Below are positions 26,546-40,080 of a stretch of 64,000 nt of DNA, piece after piece (the first letter of the stretch is position 1; each line of letters begins with the position of its first letter). The position numbers and the translations under genes were made by a program. The DNA is from Octopus sinensis (taxonomy: Eukaryota). Below the pieces are notes generated by a model that was not told the origin of the DNA, ran no database searches, and was given only the letters and a program-made list of their open reading frames with translations. The stretch is from positions 3,658,001 through 3,722,000 of the forward strand of contig NC_043011.1 of NCBI RefSeq assembly GCF_006345805.1, given 5' to 3'.

Positions 26546-27279
26546 TGAATATATATATATACTAAATACATCACTAAGTACCACAAGGCATTTTGTTTGA
26601 CCCTCTAACAATTCTACTAATCTGCTATCGATTATGTGGACGTAAATATTAAAATATCTTTCATCTCCAAAGATGAAAAACATACAATAACTCACCTCAG
26701 ATATTTAGACATTTAATCAAAGAGATAAGTGCCAAATGTCTGTAAAGTTTTCCTTCTAATTTTCTTGACCAAGAAACTTTCGAAAAGCTTCAGAATTCTG
26801 CTCATAGCACAACATCTTATCATAAATCTTGCCGCCTTCATAAAGGGAGATTTGCCAACACTGACTATTACTGTTTTCTTTACTCTGTACCATTTTTTTT
26901 TTTTTGGAACCATTAAAAGTTAAATATTGTGTTTCCTTTTATATCACAAATAAGGAACAACAGCATCAGAAGTTACTTGTTTCCAATTTACCAATCATTT
27001 GTTTATTGCACTTCTGACAACAAGAGTGACACAGATGTGTTTGCTACTTGATGTAAGAAAAATATCATAGGCTCCTTCACTGAAAGTGAAATTATTATTT
27101 AGTTTCTGTACTTTTGTTTACATTCTTTACGAACATAAATTAAAAGATTTACACACAAAAATGCACATGGGCACTAACTTTCATACAGATACATACACAC
27201 CTAGTCATACAGAGACATAAAATCCATCTGTTCATACATATACTACACACATATACGAATATACATAAACGTACACACG

Positions 27280-28260
27280 CGGAATTTCTTGCTAAGTTTC
27301 ATGCAGTAATCTCAAAAGATTTGGCTTTGAAGACGATTTTTTGTTCTTTTTATGAAGTATCCTGTCCATTATGTCCCAGAGGTATTCAATAGGGTTCATA
27401 TCTGGTGACTGGCTTGGTCATGGAAGCTTTTTAATGCCATTCTCATCCAACAAATCTTGGGTCATTTTAGTAGTATGACAAGGAGCCCCATCTTCCATAA
27501 ATAGTCTTCTTTAATTATTTTACTACTGGAGAAAATCTGAAGGAGTCTTTTCTGCAATATGTACACATATTTATTTGAGTTTATGTTTCCCTCACACTCC
27601 ACCAGCTCTGATTGACCATTGCTTCAAATTGCTCTCCAGACCATCATAGAATAGCTGCTGTGTTTCATTGTTGGCTGCAATCTTTTCACATCGAATTCTT
27701 CATCACAGGGTCTCCAGACCCACACTCAACCACTGTCAGGAAATATGGCAAATCTGGACCCATCCGAGAATATGAAGTGTTCCAAAATGCTAGTGGCCTT
27801 TCCACCATCTCACTGGCACAATCTTTTCTCCGCTTGATGTTGGCTGATTGAAGAAGTGGCTTCCTTCTTGCTGCTCTGCCAGAGTAACCAAGTTTTAGAA
27901 GATACCTGACAGCTATTCTGAGACTGACATCAACTTGTTCTGCTATGTCAGAGGCCTTGTAACAAGGATTATCCTCCACACTTCTTTTAGCAAAGAGAAG
28001 GGTCTTGTCAGAGGCTCTGGTTGATCTGGGTGAGGAGATGGGAACTCCTTCCCCTCTCTGGTGAGAGGCACAATCACTCTCTGGCACAATCACTCTATTA
28101 GCTGTAGAAAGTGGGAATCATAGGTTGTCTGCGATTTTTCACTATGTCCACCTTCAGAATGACCCTTGATATGGCCTCTTTGAAATCCAGATAATTCCAA
28201 GACTTCTTTTCTACATGGCATGATTAAATAGTCACATATAGAACCTGAGACATAAAAATA
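27280..28260 (-). mobile_element. Decayed Tc1-like (DD34E) transposon
   Basis: Minus-strand broken translation MPCRKEVLELSGFQRGHI..., AARRKPLL, MEDGAPCHT, KLPWPSQSPDMNPIEYLW. Confidence 0.88.
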
Positions 28261-28269
28261 TCAATTAAT

Positions 28270-29320
28270 CATCATCATCAATTTGAGGCTCCAATCTGAT
28301 CTAGCAAGGTTTCTACAGCTGGATGCCCTTCCTAACACCAACCACACCGAGAGTGTAGTGAGTGCTTTTTACATGCCACTGGAATGGGGGCTGGTCTGGT
28401 GACATTGGCATCAACCACCCACGAATGGTGCTTTTATGTGCAACCAGCATGAGAGCCAGTCAGGCAGCACTAGTATCAACCATGCTCAAATGGTGCTTTT
28501 TACATGCTACCGGCATGGGAGCCAGTCAGGTGGCACTGCCATTGATGACCCCCAAAGGGTACTTTTATGTGCCACTGGCTCTGGTATCAGTCATGCTTGA
28601 ATGGTGCTTTTTACATGCCACTAGCTTGGATGCCAGTCAGGTGGCACTGGCATCAGCCATGACAACGATTTCACTTGACTCAACAGGTCTTCTCAACCAC
28701 AGCATATTGCCCAATGATTGAAGGGTATTCTTAAATGGACCAGTTATGGTGCAGTGGCATAGGTCATGGTTACGGTCTCACTTGGCATGCCAGGTCTTCT
28801 CAAGCACAGTATATTGCCCGATGATTGAAGGGTATTTTTAACTGGGCCAGTTATGCAACACTGGCATCAGCTACAGCTACGACTTCACTTGGCTTGCCAG
28901 GTCTTCCCAAGCACAGCACATCTCCAAAGGTCGCAGTTGCTTGCCATTACTTCAGTGAGGCCCAACGTTCAAAAGTCATGCTGCACCACCCCAACCCAGG
29001 TCTTCTTGGGTCTACCTCTTCCACAGGTTACCTTCACTGTTAGGGTGTAACACTCCTTCACACAGCTGTCCTCATCCATACATAACACATGACCAGAACA
29101 ATTGTCTCACTTTCACACCACATCTGATGCTTCTTATGTCCAACTTTTCTCTCAGGGCACTTACACTCTGTTGTGTATGCACACTGACATTACACATCCA
29201 GCAGAGCATACTAGCTTCATTTCTTTCAAGCCTACACATGTCTTCAGGAGTCACAGCCCATATTTCATTGCCATGTAGCATGGCTGTTCACACACATGCA
29301 TCGTACAGTCTACCTTTCAC
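28270..29320 (-). mobile_element. 5-prime-truncated RTE LINE (ORF2 C-terminus plus repeat-rich 3-prime UTR)
   Basis: ORF 29072-29281 LHGNEIWAVTPEDMCRLERNEASMLCWMCNVSV..LREKLDIRSIRC; UTR with repeated gtgcttttt(t)acatgcca modules and ggatgcccttcctaac tail motif. Confidence 0.85.
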
Positions 29321-29419
29321 TTTGAGTGAGGAAAAATATAAACTTTTACAAGTTAGAATAAACACAGAAAGATGTTTTATGGGACATATGTTTACATCTC
29401 TCATGTCTGTGTATATATA

Positions 29420-30310
29420 AACCTTACCATAAACCCAATGAGAAGCTTTCCAACATACACAAACAGTCTTGTTACCCCAGCCCCCATAACATTTAAAACC
29501 TAATAGCCAACATTAGCAACAGGATATCTAATCTCTCTATCACTAAAGAAATTTTCAAGAAAGCAGCCCCCTATTACAACAAATCTCTAGCCAATAATGG
29601 TTTGAATGGTTAATTAATTTACAACCCATCTAGTAATAATATGAATATCAAAAATGGACCTAAAATAGACCTAGGAGAATAATTTGGTTTACCAGCCCCT
29701 CTTTTTCCCTTAATGTTAAAACCAACCGAGGTAAAAAAAAAATCCTGTCTCTCTTAGATAAACATTTTCCCATTAATCACAGGCATAGAAAAATATTCAA
29801 CAGGCACTCAGTCAAACTATCATGTAGCTGCTGCCCTAATATGAAGAGCATCATTACACCAAACACAGCCAATAGCTTACTCCCAGTTATAACTGTCTAG
29901 ACTCAGGAACCTGTCCTATTGACCAGAGGTGCATGATTAACTCTGTCATATATGAGGCAGAAGTTACTGCAATGCTAGATGACAATATGACATGAAAATC
30001 ATTTAATGTCCTTCAGTTCTTCCATATGGGTGTGGATTGGATGATTTCAGTATCCAATGAACCAGAAAATTGCATTGAGCTATTTGTCTAAATCTTACCA
30101 CACAGAACTAAAGAAATAAAACAAATTACTATATAGCCATAAAGAGACCTGCTTAAACACTCAGCCACAGCTCATGGCTGTGGCCCAGGACTCAGTTCAA
30201 TGTTGCTTACAGAATATGAACTTATGATTGCTTTTCAAAATCTCATTGATTTGTTTATAAAGGGTGTTATAAGTCCATGTAATGGGACAATAATTTTAAA
30301 ACTCATCATA
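29420..30310 (+). mobile_element. Penelope-like (Naiad-type) relic, RT C-terminus plus GIY-YIG region
   Basis: Broken translation [14 protein letters not shown]...[34 protein letters not shown] and [25 protein letters not shown]. Confidence 0.75.
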
Positions 30311-30369
30311 TTTAAACTTCAATTGAAAAACACGAAGTCATCTCTCCCAAGCGCTGACTAATACTGCTT

Positions 30370-30600
30370 CACTTCTGGTTTGACTTCCTGTCCATAAGGT
30401 AACCCAAGATCCATACCACTCTAGATTGTTTCCTTAAATACCGTATCACTCTAGCTTTCGGGCAAAGTCTCCATTCATAGAATTTGTCAAAAGTTTTAGA
30501 GAAATCTGAAATAATGCTGTTTATCTGTTCGCCTTTGTTTAGCAGACATGCCAACTTGTTCTTGACAGCTTTGTAGCAAATAGATTCCGAGAAATCTCGG
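30370..30600 (-). mobile_element. CR1/L2-type RT fragment
   Basis: ORF 30369-30554 ACLLNKGEQINSIISDFSKTFDK...WILGYLMDR matches the D-FSKAFD...WI..YL..R pattern of CR1 RT. Confidence 0.65.
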
Positions 30601-30943
30601 TGCTGTCATTGTAAATACTGTATATTTGCGTGTTTTGTTAATGCATTTGAGAATTAGAAGGAACAAGGTTGTTTAACTTGACAGAGTGTACAACTTTATT
30701 ATACTGTGCTGGGAGTTTTTATTGGATTCACTCATTGGAATGCACCCATGCTGGAGCACTGCATTCAAGGGTTTCAGTTAAAGATATCAATCCCAATACA
30801 GTTTGGCACTTATTTTTATTAATCTCAGTTTGTTGAAATGAAGTAAGTTATGGAACATAAAGCAGCACAATATAATTACAAAAGTTTCTGAAATAATGCA
30901 AATGTGGATGCAAGCATAAACAAGGATGGATGGATGGACGTAT

Positions 30944-30978
<35 letters not shown>

Positions 30979-31862
30979 CATACCTATATTTATACATACA
31001 TACATACACAAACTCAGTTTGTGCACACTTTCTATGAACCAAGTTATGCTCACAGTGAATTGGTCAATGAGGGTCTACAGAAATGATTCTTAATTGGGGT
31101 CCATATGAACTTTGGAGGTTTACATGACCCTTGGGGGTCCATATTCGATCTTGTTGTTAAGATTTATTGGCAATAAATTGGTCATACTTTTGCAATACAC
31201 AAAATATTTCAAAGATTTTTTTATACATTTCCTAATATAATATTTGACTATAAAAATACTATAGGATTTTTTTTATTAAGCATCGAATGGCTATGGGGTT
31301 CCAGAAGAGTAAAATAGGAATCAAAGTGGTCCAGAGGCAAAATATGGTTGAAAACCACTTGGCTGCAGTAAAAAGTACTTATCCAAGATGCCACATATCT
31401 TGCAATCGCCATCTTATGAAGTGAACTTCTTAACCACTCAGATTCACCTGCACATAGTTTTATATACAGTTTCAATGTTCTACATGTACATCGATTCTAT
31501 TAGACAGTTGTAAATAACCATACAGCTTAGAGATATATGATTCCCTTTGAGATGTACATGTTTTAGTATGTATATTCTAATAGAAATGTGTGGTATGTCA
31601 TCCAAAGAAAAGTGATATATCTTCTTCCTGTACAGTAGCATATACATTCAGCAACGGTATACAGTTTATTGGTCATGTGTATATATGAATTATGCATGCA
31701 TGTATGTGTATGTATATTTATATATATATATATATATATATATACAAAATAAGAAAATGGAGAATACCTCACTTGTATATTTACCACTTCCGAGGTTCCG
31801 CTCACTACTCATTATGTAACATATGCAGCCCAGATTTTATTTACTCCATTCCTTAACTGTTT

Positions 31863-31902
<40 letters not shown>

Positions 31903-31939
31903 TTTACCTGTTTCATATATTTATATATATATATATATA

Positions 31940-32280
31940 TAGACACAGGAGTGGCTGTGTGGTAAGTAGCTTGTTTACCAACCACATGGTTCCGGGTTCA
32001 GTCCCACTGCGTGGCACCTTCGGCAAGTGTCTTCTACTATAGCCTCGGGCCGACCAATGCCTTGTGAGTGGATTTGGTAGACGGAAACTGAAAGAAGCCC
32101 ATCGTATATATGTATATATATATATATGTATGTGTATGTGTGTGTGTGTTTGTCCCCCTAGCATTGCTTGACAATAAGTACTGGGCTTACAAAGAATAAG
32201 TCCCGGGGTCGAGTTGCTCAACTAAAGGCGGTGCTCCAGCATGGCCGCAGTCAAATGACTGAAAACAAGTAAAAGAGAGA
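31940..32280 (+). mobile_element. SINE S1 (young, internal deletion)
   Basis: S1 head and tail; gacaaccg...gatag segment missing. Confidence 0.9.
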
Positions 32281-32439
32281 GTATAGATATATTATTTTAC
32301 CTGTTTCAGTCATTTTGACTGCAGTTATGTTGGAGCACTACCTTAAAAAGTTTTCAGTCAAAGCAATCAGCCCCAGGACTTATTCTTTCTAAGCCTAGTA
32401 CTTACAAAGGTATGCACAGATATATAGGTGGAGTAGTTG

Positions 32440-35250
32440 GTGGAGGTTCGTTTTCCATGGGTCTGCAAATGAGATTTGAGCCCAGCAAAAGAAAAGCATG
32501 GTCCGTCACAAACTGTGCAGAAAAAAGAAACTGAAATTCTCCTTCTCAATTGCAACATTCTTCTTTAAATTTCTCTTGCAGGTGTCATTCTGATCTTCTT
32601 CAAAAGCTTTCCCTCCACTCCACACTTTTGTTCGCCAACCAGCTCAATCTGAAGGAAGGGCTTCTATGGCCTTCCAAGTGACTTCATGGTAGTCCTTATT
32701 CCATCCTTAAACCTCTTTTTGGCTTTACACCATTTGTGTTTCCCCTCTGCATGCTCACCATAAAACAGCTCTTCACATACACATGCACATGTATGCCCAC
32801 ACACACACATACGCATGCGTGCTTGCGCAAATGAGTGGATAAATGAAAGAAAAGGGCACTCAACACATTTAGTAGGAGTTACACGTATTATTTAAAACAG
32901 TTTGATTCAGATTCTCTTCTAACTCAAGTTTTGCAGACCCCTAATGGAGCCCATCTCCTTCAGGTTCTGGAATGGTCAAATGAAGAGGTTCAGGAAAGCC
33001 AAAATGGCTGCCAGAAGAGGGACTGCTGTTGGTCAAAGAAGGTTACATGGTGTTACGGTAGATAATGTTGCTTGGCAAGCAACACAAGTTCCATCAGAGA
33101 CAGAAGGTTCTTTGACTGTGTAGTTGGAGAGGAAATGGACAAGCATCAGTGAGGCTGGCTGGTGTGTGTATAAGCTTGTATGCATGTGTGTGTGTAAGTG
33201 CACATGCATGTATGTATAGGTTTGTGTGTGTGCATATGCCTGTGTATGTAATATAGGTCTGTGTACATATGAGCATGCATGCATGCATGTGTGTGTGTGT
33301 GTGTATTCAGACAATATTCAGACAATATGGCCAGACCATCTCATCTGATTTTTCAGAATCCTTAAATTAATTGAAGTAATGCCTGCAGATGCAAAGTCAT
33401 CTTTGTCTGGAGTAAAAAAAAAAAAAAAACCCTATTTAATGTTTAAAATGTGGCGAAGGCATTTTTGGTGGAATCATTCTAACAATTTGAAATGTCTTTC
33501 ATAACACATCCATGTTTCAGAAGAATACATCAGGGATGGTAAGACAAACGATTCATAAAGAGACAATTTTGTATTGTTATTTATATGTCGGTGGCACCAA
33601 ATGTGTGACTCCAAACCACCAAATGCTTGTGCTGCCCTTTGAATTTGTAGATGTATTTCTGTGTCCAGATTTCCATCAATTTGGACAGAGCTTCTGAGGT
33701 AACTTCAAGCAAACTTAACCTTAACAAAAATTTTAGGCAGGTTACAAACAGCACCACGTGCAGGTTGATACATTACAACAGTTTTTTTCAAGTTGATGGT
33801 CAAGCCCAAATCACCACAAGCTGAGTCAAATGCAGATACAAGAGATTGCAGGCCCAGTTCAGAGTGACTGACTAGATCACAATCGTCAGCATATAAAAGT
33901 TCACTGATGAGTGAAGTAAAAACTTTTGTTTTGAATTTCTGTCTGATCAGATTAAAAACATTCCCTGTTGTTCGATATTTTAAGTAAATACCCCACTTGG
34001 AGTTTCAAAAAGCATGTGACAACACAACAGCAAAGTATATTGCAAAGAGGGTGGGTGCATCAAGGTCTCCTTGCTTTACTCCATTTTCCATGGCAAAATA
34101 TTCAGAGAACCTAACACCAAAATTAACTCTAACCTTCATATCTTGATGCAAAGCCCTGATCATGCTTACAAATTTTTCTGGGCAGCCTATTTTCCTTGGA
34201 ATTAGCCACAGAGCATTTCAATTAACAGTATTGAATGCCTTGCTTAAATTAACAAAGCAATGGTATAGGGCAAGATTCTGTTCAATGCACTTTTCCTGAA
34301 ATTATCTGATAGTACAAGTACGATCAACTGGAGGAGCAAAAATCACGTTGAGACTCAGACACTATATTTGGAATTATGAAGGTGTTTAAATGTTCTAACA
34401 GAATGTGGGAAGTACCTTTCCAACTACAGACAAATGTGAAATCCCACACAGATCCTTTGGCTCTGATTTCTACAAGGAAACTAAAATGGCATCAATCCAG
34501 TCTTGAGACACTTCCTTAGTTTTCCAACAGTGACAAATGAATATATTTAAAGTCCAAACACTTTGTCACCCTACCATATTTCAAAATCTCTACACAGATT
34601 CCATCAGATCCTGGAGACTTATTGTTATTCAGCTTATTCACTGCTAAATAAATTTCATTTAGGGTTGGTTTAAATGCCATCTTCTCTACAACTGAAGTTG
34701 TTCAATTTTTTCTATCATTCTAATGTCAATAGATGATGGTCCCTTCAAAACTGCAGTTAAATGTTCTACCCAGCACTTGAGATTAGAAGTGGTGTCAGTC
34801 AAAAGTAAATGTCCATTTGTTGTTCTCACTGAAACTATTGGAGATTGAACATAAGAGTACAAACCCTTGGCATCATTTCTATCAGCTGTTTTTTGTGCCT
34901 CTTTTGCCCTGCCATTCCACTATTCCTGTTTAATTTTCCTTAGAGCAGTCTGCACTTACCCTTTCAGCTTTCTGTAAGCTTCATTTGAGTTGGGGTTCAA
35001 GGACCGAGAAAGAAGTGTATTGCCTAAGCTTTGTTTTTCTAAAAGTAGATCATGAATTTCTGGTGATTTGTTTGGAAACCAGTCACTGGACTTACACGAT
35101 TTAAATCCCACTGATGAACTTGCAGCCTGAAATACTTTAGATTTGAAATTTCCTTATAGACTGTTTGGATACTTTCTATAGCATCATGGAATCTTTGCAA
35201 GTTGCTTGCTAATTTGAAGTTTGTGCAACATTTAACTGTTGACTTTTAAG
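32440..35250 (-). mobile_element. Decayed RTE (BovB-like) LINE ORF2, interrupted at about 32770-33305
   Basis: Minus-strand motifs GVKQGDLDAPTLFAIYF, INLKKTVVMYQPA, MRWSGHIV, ELFYGEH and a terminal C2H2-like CTVCDGPCFSFAGLKSHLQTH. Confidence 0.85.
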
Positions 35251-35266
35251 CATTATTAAAAAATTC

Positions 35267-35269
<3 letters not shown>

Positions 35270-35321
<52 letters not shown>

Positions 35322-35394
35322 TATATATATATATATACATACATACATACACACACATATATATATATATATACATACATACATACATCATACA

Positions 35395-35430
<36 letters not shown>

Positions 35431-35444
35431 TATATATCTATATA

Positions 35445-35483
<39 letters not shown>

Positions 35484-35540
35484 ATATATATATAATATAT
35501 TATATATATATAATATATATATATATACACACACACACAT
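35270..35540. repeat. (TA)n/(ACAT)n microsatellite
   Basis: Direct inspection. Confidence 0.95.
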
Positions 35541-35689
35541 ATAGTGTGGGCCAAAAGTTATGCATCAAAACATTTGATATTTTATTTATATTGCCTTATT
35601 ATTATTTATTTTGTTCATCATGTGTATTCATCGTTATTTCATTTATTTTATTCAATTTTAGAAAACTTGTTTTTGAAATGTGCAATATA

Positions 35690-35925
35690 TGGGTGCAGGA
35701 GTGGCTGAGTGGTAAGCTTCGGATCAACCAAAGCCTTGTGAGTGAATTTGGTAAACAGAAGCTGAAAGAAGCCCATTGTATATATATATGTATATGTTTG
35801 CGTGTTTTTGTTTGTTCCCATCCCAACCATCGCCTGACAAACGATTATGGTGTGTTTACATCTCCGTAACTTAGTGGTGCAGCAAAAGAGGCCGATAGAA
35901 TAAGTACTAGGTTTACAAAGAATAT
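35690..35925 (+). mobile_element. Older deleted S1 copy
   Basis: gtgcaggagtggctgagtggtaag head, ccaaagccttgtgagtgaatttgg body. Confidence 0.7.
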
Positions 35926-36149
35926 ATATTAAATGAGTTTCAATCTGGGTATGTGACTTTTGGCCCACCCTCTGTGTGTGTGTGTGTATCAGGGAAATGC
36001 CCTTGCAGAACAGAAGTAGCAGAAATTCTATACAGTGCATTCAATGGAAACTATAGACACACAGAGGGGCAGTGGTACACAGACAGGTTAACAGAGACAG
36101 TAAATTTTGTCTTTATATGTAGCAGATGTGCAGGAGCAATAAACATTTA

Positions 36150-36450
36150 GAGCAGAAGGGACATGCATTTTTTTTTCAGATGCATAAGAGGATCCCTAAA
36201 AGTAGTAGATAGCTTCCATTACTTAATCAGCAGCAGAGGAGGAGGATACTTTGAAAGCATCGTTACTAGACTAAGTATGAAATGGAGAAAGTTCAGAGAG
36301 CTGTTACCTTTGTTGGTAAGAAGAAGTTTCTTTCTTAGAGTAAAAGGCAGATTGTATGATGCTTTTATGTAGCATTACAATGCTACATGGTAGTGAAATA
36401 TGGGTCTTGAGAGCAGGGGGATTTGTGAAGACTAGAAAAACATGTGAGTG
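36150..36450 (+). mobile_element. RTE ORF2 fragment
   Basis: GGGYFESIVTRLSMKWRKFRELLPLLVRRSFFLRVKGRLYDA; continues toward the LHG..W motif seen in 29072-29281. Confidence 0.75.
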
Positions 36451-37217
36451 TGTCAGATAAAATGTGATGCAATATTTCCTGTTCTTTGTACACTGACTCT
36501 AAATCCTGTTGAAGTCAGCTTTGCATGTCAATCTTCAACATTGATAAATAAAGTAGTAAGCCAGTCCTGGTACATCTCTCTCTCTCTCTCTATGTGGTTT
36601 GTGGGGTCAACCACGTCCTCCGCTTCATTTTTTGTTAATCACTCATTCTCATTTAATTGTATATATTTTAATTATTTGTTTATTCATACGTTTCGTCTCA
36701 TTCGATACCCTGACCCCAACGTTTGTTTTGTCTGTCCCCGTATTGTCCCCTCTTTTTCTCAACCTTATGGTGAATAAAGAAATACTCTCTCTCTCTTGCT
36801 ACCAGTCACAGCCTGGATGCTCTACCAGACCAAGGGCAGAAGGGCCAGAAAAACGTTGATGTTTGATTATGACTTCATGAGCTCCTAAAACTATTCATTA
36901 AATCCAAGTCATCCTTGACTCTGACAGTTATAGTTATATAAGGAGATATATCACCATGGTTACTGTATACATGATATCACTGGATCTTAGCAACCAAAAA
37001 GATATGAAAGGACGAGTGGTTGCTATAGAAACCAAGTGCTTCCAGATAAGCAGTTTTGCTTGTTGTTGTTTAACCCCAGGTCAGCTCTGTTCACACTGAT
37101 TAATGATCAAAGGTATTCCAGCCATGACCATGTTTTCTTTTTCTCAGTTATCTGGTATCTAGGACCACGTTGTCAATGTCTCCCCAGTTTTAATGTGATA
37201 GTATGTGAATTTGACGG

Positions 37218-37442
37218 CAAGCTGGCAGAAACGTTAGCACGCCAGGCGAAATGCTTAGCGGTATTTCGTCTGCTGTTACGTTCTGAGTTCAAATTCCGCC
37301 GAGGTCAACTTTGCCTTTCATCCTTTCGGGGTCGATAAATTAAGTACCAGTTACACACTGGGGTCGATGTAATCGACTTAATCTGTTTGTCTGTCCTTGT
37401 TTTTCCCCTCTGTGTTTAGCCCCTTGTGGGTAGTAAAGAAAC
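37218..37442 (+). mobile_element. SINE S2 (monomer, full length)
   Basis: gctggcagaaacgttagcacgccaggcgaaatgcttagcggtatttcgtctg...ttgcctttcatcctttcggggtcgat...gggtagtaaagaaa. Confidence 0.88.
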
Positions 37443-37830
37443 AGATAGTATGTGAATTTATGGAGATTTGGTTGCTATTTCTAACGAATTGAGCAACTAA
37501 ATAGAGACTTCTTCGTTGGCTCAATAAACAGATTTGTGTTGTATTGAGACAGACAGTTAACGTAGCAGAAGAAACAATTACGATGGTCACACATAATGGG
37601 ACAAAGCGTTACTATAGCAACCATAACAGGACAGCCAAGTAGTAGCAATCAACTTTGAACAGCTTCATTAGAATCGTTGTTGTTGTCGTCATCATCGTCA
37701 TCACTGCTGCTGCTGCTGCTGCTACTATTATTACTGTTCTTGGTGGTGTTCTTTCTTCTTCAGCTGCACCAGGCAAGTTTAATGCAACATGTAAATAGCC
37801 AAACAACATTTTTCAATATAGTATTTTCAA

Positions 37831-38879
37831 TAATAGGGAGAGAAGAATAATGCCCAGTACCCATGACCCTTTATTTTTGAGGCTTATGATTCTGATGAAA
37901 TAAAGATGAAATAGGTGCAGGAGTGGCTGTGTGGTAAGTAGCTTGCTAACCACCACATGGTTCCGGGTTCAGTCCCACTGCGTGCACCTTGGGCAAGTGT
38001 CTTCTACTATAGCCTTGGGCGACCAAAGCCTTGTGAGTGGATTGGTAGACGGAAACTGAAAGAGGCCTGTCGTATATAGTATATGTATATATATATGTAT
38101 GTATGTGTGTTTGTGTGTCTGTGTTTGTCCCCCTAGCATTGCTTGACAACCGATGCTGGTGTGTTTACGTCCCTGTCACTTAGCGGTTCGGCAAAAAGAG
38201 ACCGATAGAATAAGTACTGGGCTTACAAAAGAATAAGTCCCAGGTCGAGTTGTTCGATAAAGGCAGTGCTCCAGCATGGCCACAGCCAAATGACTGAAAC
38301 AAGTAAAAGAGTAAAAGAGTAATAGGAGAGAAGAATAATGCCCAGTACCCATGACCCTTTTTTTTGAGGCTTATGATTCTGATGAAATAAAGATGAAATA
38401 GGCGCAGGAGTGGCTGTGTGGTAAGTAGCTTGCTAACCAACCACATGGTTCCGGGTTCAGTCCCACTGCGTGGCACCTTGGGCAAGTGTCTTCTACTATA
38501 GCCTTGGGCCGACCAAAGCCTTGTGAGTGGATTTGGTAGACGGAAACTGAAAGAAGCCTGTCGTATATATGTATATGTATATATATGTATGTATGTGTGT
38601 TTGTGTGTCTGTGTTTGTCCCCCTAGCATTGCTTGACAACCGATGCTGGTGTGTTTACGTCCCTGTCACTTAGCGGTTCGGCAAAAAGAGACCGATAGAA
38701 TAAGTACTGGGCTTACAAAAGAATAAGTCCCAGGGTCGAGTTGTTCGATTAAAGGCAGTGCTCCAGCATGGCCACAGCCAAATGACTGAAAAAAGTAAAA
38801 GAGTAAAAGAGTAATAGGGAGAGAAGAATAATGCCCAGTACCCATGACCCTTTATTTTTGAGGCTTATGATTCTGATGA
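37831..38879 (+). repeat. Tandem duplication of a ~490-bp unit (about 80-bp flank plus S1 SINE), 2.1 copies
   Basis: taatagggagagaagaataatgcccagtacc starts at 37831, 38320 and 38812; S1 copies 37912-38319 and 38399-38811 share private variants. Confidence 0.92.
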
Positions 38880-39670
38880 GATGAAGAGTGGAAGTGATCC
38901 ACATACTGAAGGCCTGGCCAAAATGTTTGCCAGAGAAAAACAGAGAAAAAGAAGATATGGTCATGGCTGGAATGCCTTTGATCATTAATCAGTTTGAACA
39001 GAGCTGACCTGGGGTTAAACAACAACAAGCAAAACTGCTTATCTGGAAGCACTTGGTTTCTATAGCAACCACTCGTCCTTTCATATCTTTTTGGTTGCTA
39101 AGATCCAGTGATATCATGTATACAGTAACCATGGTGATATGTCTCCTGTTTGCAACAGAGGGAACTTTACTAAAAGCATCCAAGAGCCAAGTGGTGGATT
39201 AAATCCTCCATCTAAAAATTCAGAACACAAAAACAGGTACTACAAGGTAGCATGTTTGATGCCCTAACAATTCCTTCTTCCATACCATTAAATGGATTCT
39301 TATTTTATTGAAAACAAATGGCAAAGTTCACAGAGTAATGATATTAATTCTCATTTATTTTGTGAATGTTTTCAATGGTGTAACATGGATTTTGACTGCT
39401 CTATATGGTAGCCAGATTGACGACTTTCTTCCTTAAACTTGACCTATCTTTGACCATGGAAAAATTTTGTATATAATGTTGCTGACCTATATGGTCTAGA
39501 CATCCAAAGTTTCTCCACTGCAGATAAAAATGACAAAAAAAGTTTGTTTCAAATAATTCTTGAATGTTTACGCTTATGTCAAAATATATTTTAACCCTTT
39601 GGTATAAATATTACTCTATCAACATAAGGCTTATTCATTCACATTAGTTGAAATTAATCATGCATTATCA

Positions 39671-40080
39671 TAGGCACAGGAGCAGCTGTGTGGTAAGTAA
39701 ATGCTAACCAACCACATGGTTCCGGGTTCAGTCCCACTGCGTGGCATCTTGGGCAAGTGTCTTCTGCTATAGCTCCGGGCCGACCAATGCCTTGTGAGTG
39801 GATTTGGTAGACGGAAACTGAAAGAAGCCTGTCGTATATATGTTTATATATATATATATATGTGTGTGTGTGTATGTGTTTGTGTGTTAGTGTTTGTCTC
39901 CCTAGCATTGCTTGACAACCGATGCTGGTGTGTTTACGTCCCCGTCACTTAGCGGTTCGGCAAATGAGACCGATAGAATAAGTACTGGGCTTACAAAGAA
40001 TAAGTCCCGGGGTTGATTTGCTCGACTAAAGGCGGTGCTCCAGCATGGCCACAGTCAAATGACTGAAACAAGTAAAAAAA
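39671..40080 (+). mobile_element. SINE S1 (young, full length)
   Basis: S1 head, body and tail. Confidence 0.92.

Noticed and set aside
25805-26900. Possible minus-strand exons: 25805-25854 (SSYEMWGYNMSTSKTE) and one ending at GAG/GTGAGT at 26696
   Set aside because: The upstream candidate has stops in all long frames and neither peptide is recognisable; a non-coding spliced transcript cannot be excluded
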